Under the pieces are notes generated by a model that was given only the letters and a program-made list of their open reading frames with translations, was not told the DNA's origin and made no database searches. A stretch of DNA of 61,256 bases, the filler included, from a bacterium (GTDB lineage: Bacteria > J088 > JAWLBW01), in the NCBI GenBank assembly GCA_041690355.1. It is 4 parts of 4 records of this genome, joined end to end, with 100 filler letters (N's around TTAATTAATTAA, not from the genome) between each part and the next. Parts side by side here need not be neighbours in the genome. Positions count along the whole stretch, not along the records: positions 13,157 to 42,309 come from JAWLHK010000002.1; 3 more parts are not named here. One strand, written 5' to 3'. Shown here in pieces: positions 20,354-30,354 of the stretch (positions are counted from its first letter, which is position 1; every line of letters begins with the position of its first letter). The translations under genes and the position numbers were made by a program.

Positions 20354-20734
20354 GTGAAGACGCGCATCCTGGTCGTCGAAGATTCGCCAACGATGCGCCA
20401 GCTCATCGTCATGGCGCTCAAGCGCATTCGCGACGTCGAAGTCGAACAGGCCGCCGACGGGGTCGAGGGGCTCAAGAAGATCAAGTCTTCGACCGAGGCC
20501 TTCGCCATGCTGGTAACCGACATCAACATGCCGATGATGGACGGCCTCAAGCTCGTCAGCCTCGTGCGTCAGGACGAGCGCCACGCCGGCATCCCGATCA
20601 TCATCATCACGACCGAAGGGGGCGCCGAAGACCGCTCGCGCGCCATGGCCCTCGGCGCCAACGCCTACATCACCAAGCCCATCCAGGCGGCTGCCGTGCA
20701 GGCGAAGGTTAAAGAACTGCTCCAGCTGGCCTGA
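20354..20734 (+). CDS. cheY: CheY-like single-domain response regulator
   Basis: VVEDS, TDINMPMMDG, TTE, YITKP. Confidence 0.9.
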   Translation: MKTRILVVEDSPTMRQLIVMALKRIRDVEVEQAADGVEGLKKIKSSTEAFAMLVTDINMPMMDGLKLVSLVRQDERHAGIPIIIITTEGGAEDRSRAMALGANAYITKPIQAAAVQAKVKELLQLA

Positions 20735-20746
20735 ACGTTCCCACCG

Positions 20747-21019
20747 ATGACATCCGCGCTGCATGAGGTCGACGCCTGGATGGAGCAGCTGGTCGAGCAC
20801 CAGCGGCGCAAGGTTCTGCGCCTCGCCCGCGAGATCGTGCCGCACATCACGGCCGAAGACGTGCTCAACCCGCAGGATTATCCCGAGCTCATGCGGGATC
20901 AGAACTTCAACTTCGAAGACGGCATGCTTGCCGGCTTTCTCAGCGCGCGGCTGGCCTTTCGGGCACGTTTTCTGGCCGACGCCGCTCCGGCGTCCGGATC
21001 CGATCGCGACGGCGAGTAA
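20747..21019 (+). CDS. Small hypothetical protein
   Basis: 90 aa with host-like codon usage; ITAEDVLNPQDYPEL...EDGMLAG segment. Confidence 0.65.
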   Translation: MTSALHEVDAWMEQLVEHQRRKVLRLAREIVPHITAEDVLNPQDYPELMRDQNFNFEDGMLAGFLSARLAFRARFLADAAPASGSDRDGE

Positions 21020-21078
21020 GGATTCACGCTCTACCGCCGAACGGCACGGGAAACGACTGCTCCGTGCCGCGCGTTTTC

Positions 21079-21108
21079 TTGCACCCCTCGTGCGGGGGTG
21101 AGTATAAT
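21079..21108 (+). promoter_or_regulatory. Putative sigma70 promoter of TRAP operon 1
   Basis: TTGCAC-N18-TATAAT followed by a GAGGAG RBS. Confidence 0.6.
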
Positions 21109-21140
21109 CAGCGAGCGCATTGACTACGAGGAGATTACGT

Positions 21141-22163
21141 ATGCGGCTTCTGGCTACGCTTACCGCCCTGTCCCTGACCCTTGGCCTTTCGAGCACCCCG
21201 GCTCAGGCCCAGGACAAGACCTATGTCATCAAGATGGCGACGGTCGCCCCCGAAGGCTCGCCCTGGCATGACAGCCTGAAGCGCATTCAGAAGCGCTGGG
21301 AGTCGGAGAGCAAGGGCCGTCTGAAGCTGCGCCCGTACCTGGGCGGAAAGCTCGGCGACGAGAACCAGACCATCGCCGAGACCAAGCGCGGCAACATCCA
21401 GATGGTCGGCGCCTCGACGGGTGCCATCGGATCGCTGGTTCCCGAAGTGAACGTGCTCGAGCTCCCCTTCCTCTTCCGCAGCGTCGAAGAGGCCGACTAC
21501 ATTCTCGACCAGGTCATTCAGGACGACATGGAGAAGATCTTCCGCGACCGCGGCTTCGTCTTCATGATGTGGTCCGAGAACGGCTACCGGAATTTCGGAA
21601 CCCAGTTCGGCTTCGTGAAGAGCCCCGCCGATCTGAAGGGGCGCAAGATCCGCTCGCAGGAAAACCGCATCCACCTGGCGACCTACCGGGCGCTGGGCGC
21701 GCTGCCCGTCCCGATTCCGACGACGGAAGTCATTCCGGCCATGCAGACCGGCGTGGTCGAAGGCTATGACCAGACGCCGCTCTTCACCTACGCCATCGGC
21801 CTGCAGACGCAGACGAAATACTGGACGGTCAGCGATCACATCTATCAGCCGGCCGCCATTCTGGTGAACCGCGACTTCTACGAGAGCCTCCCGGCCGACC
21901 TGCAGAAGCTGCTGCTCGATAACCGGGACAAGGAGACCAAGGACAGCCGGGCGGGCATCCGCGCCCTGACGCCGCTGCTCCTGCAGAACCTCAAGAACGC
22001 GGGTCTGCAGATGCACGAGTTGGCCCCTGCCGAGCGGCAGACCCTCGAGAAGGCGGTCAAGCCTGTGTATGCGGATTTCGAAAAGGAAGCTCCGCCGCGC
22101 AGCAAGGAACTCTACAAGAAAATCACCGTCGCCCTTGAGAAGTACCGCAAAGGGAGCAAATGA
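21141..22163 (+). CDS. dctP: TRAP substrate-binding protein
   Basis: Signal peptide; ATVAPEGSPW, ELPFLF, ENGYR, DLKGRKIR, MQTGVVEG. Confidence 0.93.
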   Translation: MRLLATLTALSLTLGLSSTPAQAQDKTYVIKMATVAPEGSPWHDSLKRIQKRWESESKGRLKLRPYLGGKLGDENQTIAETKRGNIQMVGASTGAIGSLVPEVNVLELPFLFRSVEEADYILDQVIQDDMEKIFRDRGFVFMMWSENGYRNFGTQFGFVKSPADLKGRKIRSQENRIHLATYRALGALPVPIPTTEVIPAMQTGVVEGYDQTPLFTYAIGLQTQTKYWTVSDHIYQPAAILVNRDFYESLPADLQKLLLDNRDKETKDSRAGIRALTPLLLQNLKNAGLQMHELAPAERQTLEKAVKPVYADFEKEAPPRSKELYKKITVALEKYRKGSK

Positions 22164-22975
22164 GCGATCCGCGTTCATCGGTCATCGATCGCGTCGACGA
22201 TGCGATCTATGCCGTCGAGAAGTTCATCGTGTCGGCCTTCACGGTCGTGATGACCGTGGCGGTCTTTTTTGACGTGGTCCACCGCATCTTCGTGAGTCCG
22301 CAGAGCCGCTTCGCGGCCCTCTGGCAGGCGGCGGGCGTCTCCGAGGGCACGGCGGCGACGCTGGGCATGGTGACGCTGCTGCTGGTTGCCCTGCTGATCG
22401 TCTACGGCGCCGTGCGGGAGCGCAGCCTGTCGCGGCAGCGCAAGGCCCGCGAGCGCGGTGAAGACATCGCCGCCCGCACGCCGCTTGCGAGCCTCGGGGT
22501 CGCCGCGGGAATCGTGGCGGCCCTCGCCATCGGCATCAAGCTCTTCGTGACCCTGATGCCCAACGGCCTGGTGTGGAGCCAGACGCTGGGCTTGTCGCTC
22601 ATGCTGTGGATCGGGCTGATGGGGGCGAGCATGGCCGCCAAGCAGCGCCGTCACCTGGCGCTGGAAATCGGCAAGAAGATCTGGCCGCAGGCCTGGCAGA
22701 AGTACGTGCGGGTCGTCGCCGGCGTTCTCGTGGCGGCGCTCTGCGGCTTTCTGGGCTGGCTGGCCTGGACGCTCATCGTCTCGGAATTCCACGACTACGA
22801 TCCGGTCTACCGTACCGGGATGTTCACGGGGCTGCCGCTGCCCAAGTTCGTGGTCTTCTCGATTCTCCCCTACGGCTTCATCATGATCGTCGTGCGCTAC
22901 CTGCGCGGCAACATCGCCGCCGGTGACGTAAGCGAACTCGACCACATCCTCAAGACCAGCGAGACTCAGTCGTGA
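22160..22975 (+). CDS. dctQ: TRAP small permease (extended, extra TM helices)
   Basis: Polytopic; LMLWIGLMGASMAAKQRRHLALE; between dctP and dctM. Confidence 0.85.
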   Translation: MSDPRSSVIDRVDDAIYAVEKFIVSAFTVVMTVAVFFDVVHRIFVSPQSRFAALWQAAGVSEGTAATLGMVTLLLVALLIVYGAVRERSLSRQRKARERGEDIAARTPLASLGVAAGIVAALAIGIKLFVTLMPNGLVWSQTLGLSLMLWIGLMGASMAAKQRRHLALEIGKKIWPQAWQKYVRVVAGVLVAALCGFLGWLAWTLIVSEFHDYDPVYRTGMFTGLPLPKFVVFSILPYGFIMIVVRYLRGNIAAGDVSELDHILKTSETQS

Positions 22976-24567
22976 TCATCGTTCTGCTCGCGCTTCTCGG
23001 TTCGGCCCTGGTCGGCGCCCCGCTCTTCGTCATCATGGGTGCGACGACCATCGCGCTGTTCATCGCCTTCGGCGGCAGCCAGTACGAGCACCTGCACGGA
23101 TTTCAGACGCTCGTCGTCTCGATGACCGACCTGACGACGAAGAACGTCTTCCTTGCAATTCCGTTCTTCATCGCCGCCGGCGCCGTCATGACCGAAGGGG
23201 GCATCGCCGGCCGCCTGATCCGCCTGGCGAAGGCCGTCGTCGGCTGGCTTCCAGGCGGGCTGGCGGTATCGACCGTCGGCTCGGCCATGATTTTCGCGGC
23301 CATCTCGGGCAGCAGCCCGGTGACGCTCATCGCCGTCGGCACGATCATGTTTCCCGCCCTGGTGCAGGCCGGCTACCGCGAAAACTTCGCCCTCGGCCTG
23401 GTCACCAGCGCCGGCAGCCTCGGCATCCTGATTCCGCCCTCGGTACCGATGATCATCTACGCCCTGGCGGTCTCGGGGGTCCTCGACTCGCCGGTCGACG
23501 TGGGCGATCTGTTCCTCGGCGGCGTCGGACCGGGCCTGCTCATGGGCGGCCTGCTGGCCTTGTGGAGCGTCTGGCAGGGGATCCGCATGCCCGAGACCCG
23601 CATCCCGTTCTCCTGGGCGGAACTGCGGGATGCCGTGCGCGAGGGGATCTGGGCCCTGCTGCTTCCGGGCATCATTCTGGGCGGCATCTACAGCGGCTTC
23701 TTCACGGCGACCGAGGCGGCCGCCGTCGCGCTCGTCTACTCCATCGTCGCCACGGTGTGGATCTACGGGGATCTCAAGCTGAGCCAGATTCCGTCGCTCT
23801 TCGTCGAGAGCGCCGTGCTGATCGGCTCGATCATCCTCATCATCGTCTTCTCGTTCTCGCTGAACGGATTCCTCGTCGAAGCCGAAGCGGCCGACTGGGT
23901 GCTGGCGCAGATCGACCGGATGGATCTGAGCCCGGCCGGATTCTTCCTGGTCCTCAACTTCTTCCTCATCATCATCGGCGCGCTGATGGATCCGATTTCG
24001 GCCATCCTGATCTTTGCGCCGCTGCTCGCGCCCGTCGCCGCCGAACTCGGCATCGACCCGGTGCACCTGGGCGTCGTGTTCATCGTGAACATGGAGATCG
24101 GATACCTGACGCCCCCCGTCGCGACCAATCTCTTCGTGGCCGCCGCCGTGTTCCGCAAGTCCTTCGGGCAGGTGGCGAAGTCGGTGCTGCCGAGCCTGGG
24201 TTTCATGGTCGCCGGGCTGATCATCGTCATGTACGTGCCGACGGTCACCGTCGGTCTCGTCAACGTGCTGCACGACCGCCCGTTCTACGTCGCCTTTCCC
24301 TGGGACGGCAAGCCGCAGGTTGCCGCTGAGGAAGAGGAAGATGCCGCCCCCGCGGCCGGCGGCGTGATGTCGCTGCAGGAGATGATGAGGGCGGCCAAGC
24401 AGAATGCCGAGGGAAGCGAGGTCGAGGCGAGCGTGAAGCCCGCCGACGCCCAGCCGCGCGTCATGTCGCTGCAGGAGATGATGAAGGCCGCCAAGGCGCA
24501 GGCCGAATCGGAATCCGCCGGCGAAGACGAAGCGGCTTCCGACGACGCCGGAGAGGAGACGCCGTGA
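22972..24567 (+). CDS. dctM: TRAP large permease with acidic C-terminal extension
   Basis: LAIPFF, FAAISGSS, LGILIPPS, IDPVHLG, IGYLTPP. Confidence 0.95.
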   Translation: MIIVLLALLGSALVGAPLFVIMGATTIALFIAFGGSQYEHLHGFQTLVVSMTDLTTKNVFLAIPFFIAAGAVMTEGGIAGRLIRLAKAVVGWLPGGLAVSTVGSAMIFAAISGSSPVTLIAVGTIMFPALVQAGYRENFALGLVTSAGSLGILIPPSVPMIIYALAVSGVLDSPVDVGDLFLGGVGPGLLMGGLLALWSVWQGIRMPETRIPFSWAELRDAVREGIWALLLPGIILGGIYSGFFTATEAAAVALVYSIVATVWIYGDLKLSQIPSLFVESAVLIGSIILIIVFSFSLNGFLVEAEAADWVLAQIDRMDLSPAGFFLVLNFFLIIIGALMDPISAILIFAPLLAPVAAELGIDPVHLGVVFIVNMEIGYLTPPVATNLFVAAAVFRKSFGQVAKSVLPSLGFMVAGLIIVMYVPTVTVGLVNVLHDRPFYVAFPWDGKPQVAAEEEEDAAPAAGGVMSLQEMMRAAKQNAEGSEVEASVKPADAQPRVMSLQEMMKAAKAQAESESAGEDEAASDDAGEETP

Positions 24568-25391
24568 GCCTCGAAGAGCGTACGCTGAAGACTTCCGACG
24601 GCCTCGACATGCACGTCCGCGTGTGGCGGGCCGCCGAACCGAAGGCGAATATTCTGCTCAGCCACGGCCACGGCGAACACGGCGGGCGCTACGAGCACGT
24701 CGCCGCGCACTTCAACGCCGAAGGCTGGACCGTCATCGTTCCCGACCACCGTGGCCATGGCCGCAGTGGGGGCGTGCGCGGCCACACGCCGCGCTGGTCC
24801 AACTACGTGGAGGATTTCGATCAGGTCGCCCGCGAGGTCGCCGGATCGGCGCTTCCGATGGCGCTCTTCGGCCACTCCATGGGGGGTCTGATTGCGGCCT
24901 CCTATGCGCTTGCGCACGCCGACCGCCTGCGCGCGCTCGTCCTCTCGGCCCCGCTGCTGGGGCTGGCCATGCCGGTGCCGCCCATCAAGGCCGCCGTCGG
25001 CCGCCTGCTCTCGGGCGTCTGGCCGTCGCTCAACCTGCCCACCGGCCTCGATTCCAAGGCGGTCAGCCGCGACGCCGAAGTCGTGCGCAAGTACGAACAG
25101 GACCCCCTCGTGCACGACCGGGCCAGCACCCGCTGGTTCACCGAGATGATGGCGGCCATGGACGAGGTGCAGCGGCGCGCGGCAGAACACCGGCTCCCCA
25201 TCCTCGTCTTCCACGGCGACGCCGATCGGCTGACCGATCTGGAAGGGTCGCGCCGTTTCTTCAGCGGGCTGACGGCCGAGCACCGGCACTTCAAGGTCTG
25301 GAACGGCCTCTACCACGAAATCTGCAACGAGCCCGAGCAGGAGCAGGTCATCGGCGAGATCGTCGCCTGGCTGCGCCCGCACCTCGCTTGA
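24564..25391 (+). CDS. Lysophospholipase / monoacylglycerol lipase-like hydrolase
   Basis: HGHGEHGGRY, DHRGHGRS, GHSMGG, HGDAD, YHEI; GTGA overlap with dctM. Confidence 0.88.
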   Translation: MSLEERTLKTSDGLDMHVRVWRAAEPKANILLSHGHGEHGGRYEHVAAHFNAEGWTVIVPDHRGHGRSGGVRGHTPRWSNYVEDFDQVAREVAGSALPMALFGHSMGGLIAASYALAHADRLRALVLSAPLLGLAMPVPPIKAAVGRLLSGVWPSLNLPTGLDSKAVSRDAEVVRKYEQDPLVHDRASTRWFTEMMAAMDEVQRRAAEHRLPILVFHGDADRLTDLEGSRRFFSGLTAEHRHFKVWNGLYHEICNEPEQEQVIGEIVAWLRPHLA

Positions 25392-25473
25392 GCCCCTGAG
25401 CCGGCCGCGGGGAAGGGGACCCTTCCGCTTAGCGGAGCCGCCCGTGGTATCCTGTGGTTTTGCAGGGGGAACC

Positions 25474-26271
25474 ATGTCCCGATTCCAGGCCAGTGACGGC
25501 ATCACGCTCGCCTACCGGATTCAAGGCCGGCAAGAGGGCGATCCGCTGCTTCTCCTCCACGGTTTTCCGCTTTCTTCCGCGCTCTGGGATCGCGTACTCG
25601 CGCCGCTGGCCGCCTACGGCCCGGTCGTGACTCCCGACCTGCGCGGGTTCGGCGCTTCGGACGCGCCGGCCGGTCCGTACACGATGGAGCGCCTGGCCGA
25701 TGACCTGGTGGAACTGCTCGACACGCTCGGCATCGAACGCGCCTGGGTAGCCGGCCATTCCATGGGCGGCTACGTCGCGCTGGCCTTGGCAGAAAAACAT
25801 GCGCACCGGGTCGCCGGGCTCGGACTGCTCCACAGCCACCCCTATGCCGATACCCCCGAGCAGCGCGCCCGCCGGTATGCGCTTGGCGGCAGCATCTACA
25901 GTGACCGCGCGGTGTTCGACGAGACGACTCCCCGGAATCAGATCGGGGATCCCGACGGACGGCCCGACCTGGTGGCCGCAGCGCGCGCGCTCGTGCGCCA
26001 GGCCCACGGGCGCGCCATCGTCGCGGCCTCGGTGGGCATGGCCCTGCGGCCCGACCGGTCGGCGGTCTGGCGGTCGTTTGCAGGGCCCACGCTGCACGTC
26101 AGCGGGAGCGCCGACGGGATCATCCCGCCGGCGCGCGCTGCCCAGGTGCAGGCCGAACGGCCCCATGGCTTGCATGTGGAGCTGGCGACGGGGCACCTGG
26201 GCATGCTCGAAGATCCGCCCGCCCTGGTTACGGCGCTCCTGCAGTGGTGGCGCCCCGGAACCCACGGCTGA
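25474..26271 (+). CDS. Alpha/beta hydrolase
   Basis: LLHGFP, DLRGFGAS, GHSMGG, GHL. Confidence 0.88.
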   Translation: MSRFQASDGITLAYRIQGRQEGDPLLLLHGFPLSSALWDRVLAPLAAYGPVVTPDLRGFGASDAPAGPYTMERLADDLVELLDTLGIERAWVAGHSMGGYVALALAEKHAHRVAGLGLLHSHPYADTPEQRARRYALGGSIYSDRAVFDETTPRNQIGDPDGRPDLVAAARALVRQAHGRAIVAASVGMALRPDRSAVWRSFAGPTLHVSGSADGIIPPARAAQVQAERPHGLHVELATGHLGMLEDPPALVTALLQWWRPGTHG

Positions 26272-26390
26272 CCCAAACAGCGTTTGACCCTCATCGGAGG
26301 CGCATGTTAGATTGAAGGTCCTTTGTTTTCAAGGGGCTGCGGGGCCATTGCTCCGTGCTCCGGATGCTCACTTCACAGAACGTTTCCACC

Positions 26391-27251
26391 ATGCGTATCC
26401 GTTTCGCAGTTCTTGCCCTCGGACTCTCGCTGGCCGCCTGCGCCGGCGCCCAGAAGGCGGTCGTAACCCCGCTGGCCGGCGTCCCCTCCGGCGCCGACGC
26501 CGAGTCGCTCCGCAAGGCCGCCGATGAACTCTGGGAGCAGCGCCTCGACGAAAAGTCGCTGCGGGAGGCCATCGGCCTGTATGAACAGCTCTATGCGCTC
26601 GAGCCGGCCAACCCGGCGCTGCTCGATCGCCTGACGCGCGCCTACTACCTGGTCGGATACGCCTACACCGAAGACGCCGAAGGCAAGATTGCCGCCCATG
26701 ACCGGGGCCGGCAGTTCGGCCTGAAGCGCCTCGAGCTGCACTCCGGCTACAAGGAAGTCGTCGACGGGGGCGGCAGCATGCAGGACGCCGTGGCCCGCAT
26801 CGACGACCCCGCCTACGTGCACGCGCTGCTCTTCACCTCGAGCAACTGGGGCTGGTGGGCCGAGCAGAAGGGCATTTCGAAGGTCGCCTTCGACATCCCC
26901 AAGGTCAAGGCGCTCTTCCTGCGTGCCATGGCGCTCGACGAGACGTACCTGTGCGGCGGTCCGAAGCTGATGGCGGCCGCGTTCTATGCCAAGGCCGGTG
27001 CGTTCGGCGGCGACATGGAGCTCGCCCGGAAGTTCTACGAAGACGTCACGCAGGATGCGACCTGTCTCGACAACAAGGTTCTCTACGCACGGTTCTACGC
27101 CATCCCCCTCGACGATCAGCTGCTGTTTCACCGGCTGCTGACCGAAGTGGTCGAAGCCGAGGCCGATCCGGCGCTCGATCACAAACTTGAAAACGCCGTG
27201 GCCAAACGCAACGCCGCGGCCCTGCTCGCGCAGGAAAACGATCTGTTCTGA
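26391..27251 (+). CDS. TRAP T-component (TatT-like) TPR lipoprotein
   Basis: Lipobox LAAC; DIPKV..F.RAMALDETY..GG, GGD.E.AR, YARFYA, LENAVAK..A..LL....DLF; directly upstream of dctP. Confidence 0.82.
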   Translation: MRIRFAVLALGLSLAACAGAQKAVVTPLAGVPSGADAESLRKAADELWEQRLDEKSLREAIGLYEQLYALEPANPALLDRLTRAYYLVGYAYTEDAEGKIAAHDRGRQFGLKRLELHSGYKEVVDGGGSMQDAVARIDDPAYVHALLFTSSNWGWWAEQKGISKVAFDIPKVKALFLRAMALDETYLCGGPKLMAAAFYAKAGAFGGDMELARKFYEDVTQDATCLDNKVLYARFYAIPLDDQLLFHRLLTEVVEAEADPALDHKLENAVAKRNAAALLAQENDLF

Positions 27252-27257
27252 GGTCCC

Positions 27258-28277
27258 ATGAAAACCACCCGTCTCCTGTCCCTGCTGCTTGGCCTGATCC
27301 TCCTTCTGCCGGCGAACCTTACGGCCGCCGAGAAGGTCTACAAGATCAAGTTCGGAACCCTGGCCCCCGACAACACCCCCTGGTCGAAGCTCCTGCAGGA
27401 GTTCGATCAGAAGGTCTCGACCCGCTCGGGCGGCCGCGTCAAGACCAAGCTGTTTCTGAACGGCGTCATGGGCGACGAACGGGCCATGCTGCAGAAGATG
27501 CGGTTCGGCCAGCTGACCGGAGGCGGCTTCTCGACGGGGGGCATCTCGACGGTCGTGCCCGAACTGCAGCTGCTCGAGCTCCCCTTTCTCTTCCGCAACA
27601 ACGACGAGGTCGATTACGTGCTCGACAAGGTCGTGCGCGAAGACATGCAGGAGCTGCTTAAGAAGCGCGGCCTCTACCTGCTCATGTGGGCCGAGAACGG
27701 CTGGCTCGACTTCGGCAACCAGACGCGTCCGGTCACGAAGCCCGAAGACCTGAAGGACATCAAGTGGTTCGCCCAGGAGAGCGACGTCATGTTCGCCTTC
27801 TGGGAGGCCCTCGGCGTGACCCAGGTGCCGCTGGCCGTGCCCGAGGTGCTGAGCGCCCTGCAGACAGGCCTCGTGGGCGGATACCACAACACCCCCGTGT
27901 TCGCGAGCGGCGCCCAGTGGTACTCACAGACGAAATACTGGACGATCAGCCACCACATCTACCAGCCGGCGGCCGTCGTCGTCGACCTGAAGTTCTGGAA
28001 CAGCGCCCCCGATGACCTGAAGAAGATCGTGCTCGACGTCTCGGCCGAACTGGAACCGCGTGTGCGCTCCGAGGTGCGCGGCCTCGACGCCGACCTGCTC
28101 AAGGGCTTCAAGGAAAACGGCATCTCCATCAACGAATTGAACCCCGCTCAGCGCGCCGCCTTCGAGAAGATGACCGAGAAGGTGGGCGACAAGCTCGTGC
28201 AGAAGGGGGTCTTCTCGAAGGAGCTGTTGACCAAGGTGCGCACGGCCCTGGCCGAGTACCGGAAGGGGAAGAAGTGA
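27258..28277 (+). CDS. dctP: TRAP substrate-binding protein (TPAT P component)
   Basis: GTLAPDNTPW, ELPFLF, LQTGLV; paralog of 21141-22163. Confidence 0.93.
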   Translation: MKTTRLLSLLLGLILLLPANLTAAEKVYKIKFGTLAPDNTPWSKLLQEFDQKVSTRSGGRVKTKLFLNGVMGDERAMLQKMRFGQLTGGGFSTGGISTVVPELQLLELPFLFRNNDEVDYVLDKVVREDMQELLKKRGLYLLMWAENGWLDFGNQTRPVTKPEDLKDIKWFAQESDVMFAFWEALGVTQVPLAVPEVLSALQTGLVGGYHNTPVFASGAQWYSQTKYWTISHHIYQPAAVVVDLKFWNSAPDDLKKIVLDVSAELEPRVRSEVRGLDADLLKGFKENGISINELNPAQRAAFEKMTEKVGDKLVQKGVFSKELLTKVRTALAEYRKGKK

Positions 28278-28909
28278 GCGACGTCGCCGTTCCGGTGGCC
28301 GGGCCTGAGTCCGAACCGGCGCTCCCCCACGCCGTTCCCGAGATTGCCGAGCCGTCCCAGCCCCCTTCGGGGCCGATCCTGCGCGTGCTGCACGCCCTCG
28401 ACCGGCTCGTGCTGCGCGTTGAGCAGGGGCTGATTCTTCTCGTCGTCGTCGTCATGCTCGGTTCGGTCGTAATCCAGGTCGTCGGCCGCCTTCTCAATCA
28501 GAGCATCACCGGCGCCATGGAGACCAGCGTCTTCGGCATGCTGGCGCTCGCGCTGCTGTCGGCCAGCGTGACGACCCACTACCGGCGGCATATCTCCATC
28601 GACATTCTTTCGCGCGCCATTCCGCCCCCGGCGCGCACGGTGCTCATGACGGGCATCAACCTGATCGGGGCCGTGCTGCTGCTCTATCTGGCCCGGGTGG
28701 CCTGGTTCTTCATGGCCGTCAACCGGGAGTTCGGCGACGTTTCGCCCGCGCTCAAGGTTCCCTACTGGTGGCTGCAGTCGCTGCTGCCGTTCGCCTTCGC
28801 CGTCATCGCCTGCCGCTTCTTTCTGCACTTTCTCGAAGACGGCAAGCGCGTGCTGACCCGTAACTGGCTGCCGCGGGATCTGCACGGGCACGCCGATATC
28901 CGCATGTAA
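28274..28909 (+). CDS. dctQ: TRAP small permease
   Basis: Four TM helices, RRHISIDI. Confidence 0.88.
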   Translation: MSDVAVPVAGPESEPALPHAVPEIAEPSQPPSGPILRVLHALDRLVLRVEQGLILLVVVVMLGSVVIQVVGRLLNQSITGAMETSVFGMLALALLSASVTTHYRRHISIDILSRAIPPPARTVLMTGINLIGAVLLLYLARVAWFFMAVNREFGDVSPALKVPYWWLQSLLPFAFAVIACRFFLHFLEDGKRVLTRNWLPRDLHGHADIRM

Positions 28910-28920
28910 ACGAGTCTCCT

Positions 28921-30291
28921 GTGTCGACCAGTCTGATCATCACCCTTGTCTTCATCGCGCTCATGCTGACCGGAGCGCCGTTGTTTCTGGCCATTGCGGT
29001 CTCGACGGCCCTGTCGCTGGCGCTCATCGAAAGCGGCGGCGGGTTGTCGGAGCTGCTCGCCCTGCTCTGGTCGGGCTCCGAGACGATTCAGGAGAGCGAA
29101 GCGCTCTTCGGCGTCATGGCCCGGCTCGTCAACATCCCCCAGGAGATGTTCGACAAGACGACGGCCATGCCGATCATGATCGCCATCCCGCTCTTCACGC
29201 TGGCCGGCACGATCATCACCGAGGGGCAGATTTCGAAGCGCCTCATCAACATCATCAAGGCCCTGTTCGGGTTTCTGCCGGCCGGGCTCGCCGTCGCCGC
29301 CCTGGTCGGATGCGCGTTCTTCGCCGCCCTCTCGGGCTCGAGCGCCGTGACGATCATGGCCATCGGCGGCATTCTCTATCCGGCCATGATGCGCGACGGG
29401 TACAGCGACCGCTTCTCGCTGGGCCTCATCACGACGGCCGGCGCCATCGGCATCCTGGCCCCGCCGAGCCTGCCGCTCATCATCTTCGGCGCCGTGAGCC
29501 AGGCCGATATCAACCAGCTCTTCATCGCCGGCATCGTGCCGATCATCGTCACCATCGGCGCCCTGTCGCTCTACTCCTTCTACTTCGTACTCACGAACAA
29601 AGAGGTCAAGCGCGAGCGCTTCTCGGGGGCCGAGGTGCTCACGACCCTGAAGTCCGGCGTCTGGTCCATGGCGTTTCCGCTCATCCTGCTCGTGACCATT
29701 TACGGGGGATACGCGACGCCGACCGAAGCGAGCGCCCTGGCCGTGCTATACGCCATCGTCGTCGAGGTCTTCATCCACCGCGCCATCCGGCTGCGCGATC
29801 TGTCGAAGCTCACGATCGAGACCATGGTGCTCGTGGGGGGCATTCTCTCCATTCTGCTCATCGCCCTGGCGTTCACGTACTATCTGGCCGACCAGCAGGT
29901 GCCCGACAAGATGACGGCGCTGATGAAGGAGTACGTCTCGTCGAAGACCGGCTTCCTCATCGCGGTCAACATTCTGCTGCTCATCGTCGGCTGCCTGATG
30001 GACATCTTCAGCGCAATCCTCATCTTCGCGCCGCTCATCGTCCCGGTAGCCCTGGCCTACGACGTCGACCTCGTGCACTTGGGCATCATCTTCATCATCA
30101 ACCTGGAAATCGGCTTCATCACACCGCCAATGGGGCTCAGCCTGTTCGTCTCGTCGAACTTTTTCCGCCGCCCCTCCAACGAGATCATCTACGCGACCCT
30201 GCCGTTCGTCATCATGCTCTTTCTGGCGCTGGGGGTCATCACCTTCGTGCCCGAAGTGAGCCTGTTTCTGGTGGAACTCTCGAAGGGGTAG
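28921..30291 (+). CDS. dctM: TRAP large permease
   Basis: IAIPLF, FAALSGSS, PPSLP, TPTEA, IGFITPPMG. Confidence 0.95.
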   Translation: MSTSLIITLVFIALMLTGAPLFLAIAVSTALSLALIESGGGLSELLALLWSGSETIQESEALFGVMARLVNIPQEMFDKTTAMPIMIAIPLFTLAGTIITEGQISKRLINIIKALFGFLPAGLAVAALVGCAFFAALSGSSAVTIMAIGGILYPAMMRDGYSDRFSLGLITTAGAIGILAPPSLPLIIFGAVSQADINQLFIAGIVPIIVTIGALSLYSFYFVLTNKEVKRERFSGAEVLTTLKSGVWSMAFPLILLVTIYGGYATPTEASALAVLYAIVVEVFIHRAIRLRDLSKLTIETMVLVGGILSILLIALAFTYYLADQQVPDKMTALMKEYVSSKTGFLIAVNILLLIVGCLMDIFSAILIFAPLIVPVALAYDVDLVHLGIIFIINLEIGFITPPMGLSLFVSSNFFRRPSNEIIYATLPFVIMLFLALGVITFVPEVSLFLVELSKG

Positions 30292-30354
30292 CTGTCAAGA
30301 GCCCGGCGACCGCCCGCCCCCCGAGGCCCCGCCGCTCCTTGCTTCCGTGGTGGA

